Assembly (NCBI RefSeq): GCF_018336915.1
Contig: NZ_CP064923.1
Span: 4,680,001 to 4,712,000, forward strand
DNA: 32,000 bases
Origin: Acaryochloris marina S15
GTDB taxonomy: Bacteria; Cyanobacteriota; Cyanobacteriia; Thermosynechococcales; Thermosynechococcaceae
Reading direction: 5' to 3'
The notes beneath the pieces were generated by a model. It saw only the letters and a program-made list of their open reading frames with translations, was not told the DNA's origin and made no database searches. Shown here piece after piece: positions 25,839 through 32,000 of the stretch. Position numbers and translations under genes: made by a program. The number at the start of each line of letters is the position of its first letter. Positions within the stretch are counted from its first letter, which is position 1.

Positions 25839-26399
25839 CTATTTAATTGCCGTCAAAACCATGTCTACATCTCGAATTAAATTGCTATAGACTTCACTTT
25901 CTTTCAGCAGTAGCTTTTCATCAGAGACATGGTTGGGATACCGCTCAACCCAGACTTCACTGGGAGTGTAGGAACAATGCGTCAACTCAAAATCGACATC
26001 TAAATACAGTGCTAGCAGGGTAAAAGCTTTTCCACTTTCCTGCCATTCTCGATTGAGCCGTTTCGAGAACATACTCAATCCTACAGGTGTGATCGGACGA
26101 ACATGGGTTGGGTCATGAAAGAAACGATCACTGCGATGATGGGGCACTGTAATATGCACCGTCGCTTTTGGCTGGCAAACACGGTAGAGTTCCTGGATTA
26201 TTTTCAAATAAACGTCGGTTTGCTGGCCCAGATGCTCTAAAACATGGTGTAATTCAATTTCAGAAACACTGTTATCCTCCCAAGGATAAGGAAACGTCTC
26301 TAGGTCAAAGCGCACATCAGGCGTGCCAAACCGATCAACATTGATATAACCAGCCAACTGTTTAGCACCGCATCCCAGATTGAGTCGCAAATCTGCCAT
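25839..26399 (-). CDS. Class I SAM-dependent methyltransferase (Methyltransf_11/23-like)
   Basis: Motif I LNLGCG, a later HHVLEHL motif, 186 aa. Confidence 0.75.
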   Translation of the reverse strand: MADLRLNLGCGAKQLAGYINVDRFGTPDVRFDLETFPYPWEDNSVSEIELHHVLEHLGQQTDVYLKIIQELYRVCQPKATVHITVPHHRSDRFFHDPTHVRPITPVGLSMFSKRLNREWQESGKAFTLLALYLDVDFELTHCSYTPSEVWVERYPNHVSDEKLLLKESEVYSNLIRDVDMVLTAIK

Positions 26400-26545
26400 T
26401 TTTGAGAATCTCCCTAGGAGAATGACATAGTAAGACTTCTCACACGATACGCGCTACCCAAAAACAAGGTAGTAATGAAGCGACCCATTGCGAAATTGAC
26501 GCTGCTGCTCTGGCTTGCTAGACTCAAGCCCTATGGAGCTTTTAG

Positions 26546-27136
26546 TTGACAAAATTAATCCTTGTAGCGCCTGCAGTTGAGCTGTACGAGGCGTTTTGCG
26601 AATCCTTCGAGCATTTACCCAACGTTGAAGTCGTTCATAATTATTTTGAGTGGTTGACCGAGTTTGACTGCCTGGTGAGTCCTGCCAACTCCTTCGGCAT
26701 GATGGATGGCGGCATGGACGCCGCTATCACGAAATTTTTTGGAGTGGATCTGGAATGGAAAGTTAAATCCCAAATCCTAGAAACGTATTTGGGAGAACAG
26801 CCCATTGGCACATCCATGATTGTCGAAACTGGGCATCCTCAACATCCTTACCTAGCTCACACCCCAACCATGCGGGTGCCCATGATCATCAAAGGAACAG
26901 ATATTCCTTACAGCGCCATGTGGGCCATGTTGTTAGCCGTTCGGCAGCATAATCAACAGTCCCATAGACCCATAGAAAGTATTGCCTGTCCTGGTTTGGG
27001 AACAGGGATTGGTCGAGTTCCCTATCACGAAGCCGCTCGGCAGATGGCTGTCGCCTATGACCACTTTCTCTATCCACCCAAAATGTTGAATTGCTTCGTT
27101 GCAGCATCCCGGCAACTGCAAATTTGGGAAGGTTAA
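26546..27136 (+). CDS. Macro domain protein (ADP-ribose binding/processing)
   Basis: LVSPANSFGMMDGGMDAAI and ACPGLGTGIGRVP match macro-domain diphosphate/ribose-binding loops. The start is TTG and uncertain. Confidence 0.75.
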   Translation: MTKLILVAPAVELYEAFCESFEHLPNVEVVHNYFEWLTEFDCLVSPANSFGMMDGGMDAAITKFFGVDLEWKVKSQILETYLGEQPIGTSMIVETGHPQHPYLAHTPTMRVPMIIKGTDIPYSAMWAMLLAVRQHNQQSHRPIESIACPGLGTGIGRVPYHEAARQMAVAYDHFLYPPKMLNCFVAASRQLQIWEG

Positions 27137-27313
27137 GTATCCCCATTCCCTGAGATATGGTTGCAAGCAGGGCGTAGATGCTCAATACGACAGGTTGTCT
27201 TTTGACTTTTCCAGAAAGGGTCGCTCAGGATAGATTGGGCAAATTATTTGCTAGTAAAATTGCAGGTTGGTTTTGACTTGCGATCGCATTTCTATTCTCT
27301 GGGGAATCTGGTT

Positions 27314-27799
27314 ATGACTTCTGTTCGAAGATGGGCTTTACTGGCCACTTATATAAGCGTTGGGGTATTGGTGACACCCCGAATCGTGCAATCCCACCAT
27401 ACTCAACCCCAAACCATTTCATCAGCCGATCAGAGCCAAACCCAACATCACCACCACAAACAACTAGAAATTTCTGCCAATCAAGCCACCCCCACCGTTG
27501 AGTTAGTCGTTCATCCCGATCAGGTCCAAGGCTGGAATCTAGAACTAAAAGTCACTAATTTCAACTTTGCCCCAGCTCAAGTCAACGCTGCCAGCAAAAC
27601 TTCTGAAGGCCATGCCCACTTATATATCAATGATAAAAAAGTAACTCGCCTCTACGGCAACTGGTATTACCTCTCTGAGTTACCATCTGGCTCTAACACT
27701 CTCAAAGTCACCCTCAACAGTAACGGGCATGAATCCCTCGTCCATCGAGGACAGCCCATCAGCGACACTGAAGTGATTCAGGTTGCGCCCCAGCCTTAA
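27314..27799 (+). CDS. Secreted His-rich protein (DUF4399-like GHxHLYI motif)
   Basis: Preferred start is ATG 27314 (MTSVRRWALLATYISVGVLVTP..., signal-like). It carries a QSHHTQ...QTQHHHHKQ His-rich tract and EGHAHLYINDKK. It is the first gene of a tight three-gene operon; the next ATG is 3 nt after its stop. Confidence 0.6.
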   Translation: MTSVRRWALLATYISVGVLVTPRIVQSHHTQPQTISSADQSQTQHHHHKQLEISANQATPTVELVVHPDQVQGWNLELKVTNFNFAPAQVNAASKTSEGHAHLYINDKKVTRLYGNWYYLSELPSGSNTLKVTLNSNGHESLVHRGQPISDTEVIQVAPQP

Positions 27800-27802
27800 G
27801 AA

Positions 27803-29023
27803 ATGCTAGACCTGTTGCTTGTCGCCGTCCTGGGATTTGTAGGCAGCTTTGGCCATTGCGTCGGTATGTGTGGACCATTAGCAGCCAGCTTTGCCTTGAC
27901 CTCAGGTGAATCCAGAACTTGGCAACAACAGCTGACGTTTCACTTTCTACTCAATCTAGGACGAATTTTGAGCTATGGCCTAATCGGGGCAGCCATTGGT
28001 GCCCTCAGTTCTGTCCTGGCTGTGGGTGGAGAACTAGCAGGTATCGATAGTATCCTGCGTCGGAGCATTGCTTTTTTGATGGGTATTTTGTTGATCTGGC
28101 TGGGAATTCGGCAAATTCGCCCCGACTGGTTACCTAAATTACCATTGCCACATCCATTACTGAAATTGGGGCTGCATGAGCGTTTCAACCGAGCCATGGT
28201 GGGGCTAGCTCATCATCCCCATTGGTGGACTCCTGCTTTGCTAGGCATGGTCTGGGGATTAATTCCCTGTGGCTTTCTGTATGCCGCCCAAATCAAAGCC
28301 GCTGCCACAGGGGACTTGTTACTAGGAAGTGCCACGATGCTATGTTTCGGTTTGGGAACGATGCCAACCTTATTAGGCGTCGGTTTTTCTACTGCCGTTC
28401 TCAGCCAGGATCGACGTAGCCAACTCTTTCAGGTAGGGGGCTGGCTGATGCTGATCATTGGGTTACTGACCGTCCTCAGAACTGGAGAGATGCAGGACTA
28501 CAGTAGCCATACCGCCTTGCTGTTATTGATGTTGGCCCTACTGGCCCGTCCCATCCAGCCTGTATGGTCGGCCCCACTGCACTATCGTCGGTTGTTAGGG
28601 GTCGGAGCTTTTGTGCTGTCGCTGATCCATGTATTGCGGGTTCTCGACCATTCTTTTCAGTGGTCTCTCACAGCCCTTCCCTTTATGCTGCCCCTCCATC
28701 AAGCGGGCCTCTGGGCAGGTATCGTTGCTTTGACCTTGCTCACTCCCTTAGCCACCACCAGTACCAACTGGATGGTTAAACGATTAGGCCCCCATTGGCG
28801 ACGGCTCCATCTCCTGAGTATCCCGGCTCTCCTCTTAGCAGGCGGCCATACTGTGATGATCGGATCCCATTATTTAGGGGGGCTGGAATGGACAGGCGTA
28901 CATTTAGGCAGGACCGTTGCGATCTCAACTACAATCCTCCTCGTCTTACTCCTGCGCTGCCGCTGGGTCTGGGCCTTGTTTTCACTAGAGAAATTTTATG
29001 GTGCGTCTTCTCCACTGCAGTAG
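27803..29023 (+). CDS. Fusion membrane protein: DsbD_2/UreH-like (HCxGMCGP) transmembrane domain plus C-terminal ferric-reductase-like (MsrQ/YedZ-type) heme-binding TM domain
   Basis: The N-terminus has GSFGHCVGMCGPL and a later WGLIPCGFLY, typical of the TauE/DsbD_2/UreH-like family. The C-terminal approx 160 aa have spaced His in TM helices (LSLIHVL, HWRRLHLLSIPALLLAGGHTVMIG). Confidence 0.65.
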   Translation: MLDLLLVAVLGFVGSFGHCVGMCGPLAASFALTSGESRTWQQQLTFHFLLNLGRILSYGLIGAAIGALSSVLAVGGELAGIDSILRRSIAFLMGILLIWLGIRQIRPDWLPKLPLPHPLLKLGLHERFNRAMVGLAHHPHWWTPALLGMVWGLIPCGFLYAAQIKAAATGDLLLGSATMLCFGLGTMPTLLGVGFSTAVLSQDRRSQLFQVGGWLMLIIGLLTVLRTGEMQDYSSHTALLLLMLALLARPIQPVWSAPLHYRRLLGVGAFVLSLIHVLRVLDHSFQWSLTALPFMLPLHQAGLWAGIVALTLLTPLATTSTNWMVKRLGPHWRRLHLLSIPALLLAGGHTVMIGSHYLGGLEWTGVHLGRTVAISTTILLVLLLRCRWVWALFSLEKFYGASSPLQ

Positions 29024-29576
29024 TTTAGCCATCTTAGCGATTGGGTTATGGAGCGGACCAGGACAGGCTCACACCGTCAAAGCCTCCGGATCCGTTGCGG
29101 TCACCTTCCACTTAGAACCCGATCACAACCCACGGGCGGGAGAACCTGCCCAAGTCTGGTTTGTCCTCACCCAAAAGGGAGGCCGCACGATTCCTCTCTC
29201 CCAATGCGATTGTAAATTTCAGGTCATTTCCGAGGAAAATGGGCAGGCGATTTCTCAACCTCCCTTAACCGCCATCTCCGCAGAGCAATACCAAAATATT
29301 CCGGGCGCTGATGTAACTTTTCCCAAACCGGGTGCTTACCAATTAAGCATTCAAGGCCAGCCGCAAACGGGTGACGCATTCCAACCGTTTCAGTTTAGTT
29401 TTCCAGTCACAGTCGCCAAGGGAAGCAACCCTCAACCGTCTTCTCCGGCCCAGCCGACAGATCCTCCCCAATCTTCATCGCAATCAGGTCTACCCAAGAT
29501 TGCATGGCTCAGCATTAGTATTGGCGCAGGACTCAGTCTGTTGATGCTGGTTCTTTGGCTACGCAAAAAACAGTAA
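28998..29576 (+). CDS. Secreted, C-terminally membrane-anchored beta-rich protein (YtkA/Ig-like)
   Basis: The signal MVRLLHCSSLAILAIGLWSGPGQA/HTVK would give a mature protein beginning with His. VTFHLEPDHNPRAGEPAQVWFVL is a beta-sandwich-like pattern. A Pro/Ser linker and the TM anchor IAWLSISIGAGLSLLMLVLWLRKKQ follow. It overlaps the upstream gene by 26 nt. Confidence 0.6.
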   Translation: MVRLLHCSSLAILAIGLWSGPGQAHTVKASGSVAVTFHLEPDHNPRAGEPAQVWFVLTQKGGRTIPLSQCDCKFQVISEENGQAISQPPLTAISAEQYQNIPGADVTFPKPGAYQLSIQGQPQTGDAFQPFQFSFPVTVAKGSNPQPSSPAQPTDPPQSSSQSGLPKIAWLSISIGAGLSLLMLVLWLRKKQ

Positions 29577-29800
29577 ATAGCCAATTGAGATCATCCCCCT
29601 CCCTGATCCCTCTCGTCATCAAACTGAATCAAGAAAACACTTACCCCTTCTCATAGAGCTTCCACAAAATCTGGGTAAAGAGGAATGATAGCTGCGTGAA
29701 GATGACTTGTTGCTCAACTAAAACTCTGCAGCATAGGCTGCATGAATCCCCTCAGCCCTATACGGAAGACTGAATGACTCCGTTGTTATAACCACACCCC

Positions 29801-30142
29801 TTATGTGCCTGATTTTGGGGTCTCATTCGGGTCAATTTTACAAACGAGTTCATAGACAGAGACTTTAGGCGGCTCTGAGAAATAAGGAGCCATTTGATTG
29901 ATAATGGCTTTTTGTTCTTCACCCTCATGGGCTTCCATATCTTCTAAGTTGTCCCAGAGAATGACCGATACGCCTTTGTCTGTGCCGGGTTCTTGGAACA
30001 GATAGGCTCCTTCAAAGCCATCAGAATAAGTTGAGATCGCTTGTTCATACAGGTGTCGAACCTCTGCAAATTTACCCGGTTTGAACTCACCAATCGCTAC
30101 TGATGCAAACCGCCGCTTCAAACAATCCTGAAAGTCTGACAT
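29801..30142 (-). CDS. Small ABM/Dabb-like alpha+beta barrel protein (hypothetical)
   Basis: 113 aa. The size and a ...VSVILWDNLEDMEAH... segment resemble antibiotic-biosynthesis-monooxygenase-like domains. Support is weak. Confidence 0.45.
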   Translation of the reverse strand: MSDFQDCLKRRFASVAIGEFKPGKFAEVRHLYEQAISTYSDGFEGAYLFQEPGTDKGVSVILWDNLEDMEAHEGEEQKAIINQMAPYFSEPPKVSVYELVCKIDPNETPKSGT

Positions 30143-30454
30143 TGTTTACTCCTTCCGCCATTTGGGAGAAATTTGGCTAGGGTTTTGGGGTAACAAAACG
30201 AACCCCAATCGTTGATCAATCTGCCTGTCCTGGCTGAGGATTGATCCATACCCATAGGGTAGAAGGTGACCTGACCAATACTGGGGAACTTAAACAACAT
30301 CTAAGGAAGTGCTAGGGATTTAATTGCCCCTAGCCGTTCATATTTATTCATCTTTTTGCTCACAATCATAAACTTTATTTATCTTGAGAAATAAAATATT
30401 GCCAGTCGGGAATGCTGAAACTTAGACATCCTCACTGCTTTTAACTCAGAATTG

Positions 30455-31036
30455 ATGAATATCAATCTCTTAGACTCATTTTTGAGCAAAGGACTGCCAT
30501 TTTTAGACCTATGCCTGATGGGTCAAACATCTTTTCGCGGCATAGATCTAGTCGGGGTTCACTTGGATGGCGTGGTCCTCAAACACCTAGATTTAACAGC
30601 CGTAAATTTGCAGGCAGCCAGCCTACAGCGGGCTAATCTCCAACGATCGATTCTGACCTCTGGATGCTTAGACCAGGCGAATATGCGGGAATGTTATCTC
30701 TACCGCAGCCACTTAGAAATGGCTTCGTTGCAGCAGACCCATTTACAGCGGGCTAATTTATCTCATGCCTACTTGATGGGGGCCAATCTTCAGGGAGCGA
30801 ATCTCCACAAAGCTCAATTGATTGGCACAGATCTCCGCGATACCAATCTGATGGATTGTTTATTCCAAGATGCGAACTTAAAGGGTGCTCTCTACAGTGA
30901 AGATACTCAATTTAGCCCTTCCTTCAATCCAGTCCTTGCAGGAATGAAGCTATGGACAGCAGAAACACTGGCCAACTCCAGCGAACAAAAAGAGAGAGGG
31001 CTGAGAGAGAGGCACTGGGGCTGGCAATGTTCATAA
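30455..31036 (+). CDS. Pentapeptide repeat protein
   Basis: Runs of A(D/N)LxxAxLxxAxL pentads (ANLQRSIL, ANLSHAYLMGANLQGANLHKAQLIGTDLRDTNL). ATG 30455 is preferred over the adjacent TTG 30452. Confidence 0.85.
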   Translation: MNINLLDSFLSKGLPFLDLCLMGQTSFRGIDLVGVHLDGVVLKHLDLTAVNLQAASLQRANLQRSILTSGCLDQANMRECYLYRSHLEMASLQQTHLQRANLSHAYLMGANLQGANLHKAQLIGTDLRDTNLMDCLFQDANLKGALYSEDTQFSPSFNPVLAGMKLWTAETLANSSEQKERGLRERHWGWQCS

Positions 31037-31119
31037 TCTTCCATTAGAGTCAGCACCCTGACAGGGGAAAGTTAAGGTTATAATTTCATTAAGAAATGTA
31101 ACACGCCTATCTCTCCCCC

Positions 31120-32000
31120 ATGTCTAAGTCACCTCATGAAACTGCTGTCGTTGTTATTGGTGCAGGCATTGGCGGCTTAACAGCAGGGGCATTGTTGGCG
31201 AAGCGAGGTTATCGTGTCAAAGTCTTTGATCAAGCCTGGGTACCAGGAGGCTGTGCCTCTACTTTTAAACGGCGGGGTTTTACCTTTGATGTGGGGGCAA
31301 CCCAAGTAGCGGGTTTAGAACCCGGCGGCATCCATCATCGGATCTTTCAGGAATTGGGGGTTGAGATTCCAACCGCCAGCCATTGCGATCCGGCTTGTGC
31401 AGTCTTTTTGCCCGGAGAAACTGAACCCATCTCCGTCTGGCGAGACCCAAACCAATGGCAGGCAGAACGGGAAAAACAATTCCCCGGTAGTGATAGGTTT
31501 TGGCAGCTCCTAGCAAACCTGTTTCGTTACAACTGGGGGTTTCAATCCCGCGATCCAGTCATTCCTCCCCGTAATCTTTGGGATGGATGGCAGCTTTTAC
31601 AAGCGGTTCGCCCCGATACCTTACTAACCGTGCCTCATCTATTTACGACGGTGGGTCAACTCCTCCGACTAACGGGCCTAGGCAATCAACGCCGCTTAAA
31701 AACCTTTTTAGACCTCCAACTCAAGCTTTATTCCCAGGTCAATGCCGATCAGACCGCTTTACTGTATGCCGCCACGGCGCTAGGGGTATCACAAGCGCCC
31801 CAAGGCTTGTTTCATTTGCATGGCAGTATGCAGGTGCTCAGCGATCGCATCGTCGAAGCCCTGAAAAAACATGGGGGTGAACTGCATATGGGCCATAGCG
31901 TTGACCAAATCCAGGTGCATAACCAGGAATTTTTAGGTGCATTAATCCGTCAGCAAAAAACAGGTAAGACTTGGACGGAATCGGCGGACCATGTAGTGGC
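31120..32000 (+). CDS. crtD: FAD-dependent carotenoid desaturase/isomerase family, C-3',4' desaturase CrtD-like (5' part; continues past the window end)
   Basis: Missing from the track because there is no stop in the window. My translation reads MSKSPHETAVVVIGAGIGGLTAGALLAKRGYRVKVFDQAWVPGGCASTFKRRGFTFDVGATQVAGLEPGGIHHRIF... It has a GxGxxG dinucleotide fold and resembles cyanobacterial CrtD. Confidence 0.8.
   Translation, partial: MSKSPHETAVVVIGAGIGGLTAGALLAKRGYRVKVFDQAWVPGGCASTFKRRGFTFDVGATQVAGLEPGGIHHRIFQELGVEIPTASHCDPACAVFLPGETEPISVWRDPNQWQAEREKQFPGSDRFWQLLANLFRYNWGFQSRDPVIPPRNLWDGWQLLQAVRPDTLLTVPHLFTTVGQLLRLTGLGNQRRLKTFLDLQLKLYSQVNADQTALLYAATALGVSQAPQGLFHLHGSMQVLSDRIVEALKKHGGELHMGHSVDQIQVHNQEFLGALIRQQKTGKTWTESADHVV

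Noticed and set aside
25617-25880. 87-aa plus-strand ORF in the AT-rich leader
   Set aside because: It is Ile/Tyr/Asn-rich as expected from AT-rich DNA. It overlaps the 3' end of the methyltransferase gene and has no motif support.
26546-27136. Functional link between the macro-domain gene and the TIR/Nudix genes (a shared NAD/ADP-ribose theme)
   Set aside because: The genes are about 19 kb apart with many unrelated housekeeping genes between them. Nothing in the sequence suggests co-regulation.
30118-30300. 60-aa minus-strand ORF overlapping the ABM-like gene start
   Set aside because: It is out of frame with the neighbouring gene, has no motifs and is likely spurious.
30311-30334. Hairpin GCTAGGG-N9-(C)CCTAGC between the ABM-like and pentapeptide genes
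   Set aside because: It has a 7-bp stem but no adjacent U-tract on either strand. It lies upstream of both divergent genes, so it is not a convincing terminator. Its function cannot be determined.

Overview
The window looks like a cyanobacterial chromosomal segment. The HIP1 octamer GCGATCGC occurs at 14 or more sites by eye, and btpA, a DUF760 gene, crtD and a pentapeptide-repeat gene are present. I support about 33 protein-coding genes. I found no rRNA, tRNA, CRISPR array, transposase or integrase. Most of the window is ordinary housekeeping: btpA, folK, ribE, an aldo/keto reductase, an ABC permease, a DUF151 nuclease and crtD.

Four regions deserve a second look:
1. 21451-24256, minus strand. 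A BlaI/CopY-type repressor and an M56 protease (PetR/PetP-like) are followed by a translationally coupled trio. The trio is a Sec-signal peptide whose only two Cys sit in a C-terminal CPPCGMG tail, a DUF692/MNIO enzyme, and a 75-aa partner. This is a candidate new bufferin- or methanobactin-like metallophore RiPP operon, and my top candidate for an undescribed system.
2. 4551-7430. A single 959-aa LRR-Roc-COR-TIR protein is a candidate GTPase-switched TIR immune sensor. Its LRR region is encoded by near-identical 69-bp tandem repeats, and a NudF-like ADP-ribose pyrophosphatase gene lies directly upstream.
3. 18199-21146. A non-canonical HSP90-family paralog is tightly coupled to a Cys-rich helical-repeat protein.
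4. About 24400-25838. A visibly AT-rich, HIP1-free insert carries one orphan 4-TM protein. A perfect 17-bp inverted repeat borders it.

A three-gene envelope operon at 27314-29576 adds a possible metal or redox theme. It encodes a His-rich periplasmic protein, a DsbD_2/UreH-like domain fused to a ferric-reductase-like membrane domain, and an anchored secreted protein. All family calls come from motif recognition by eye; no searches were run.
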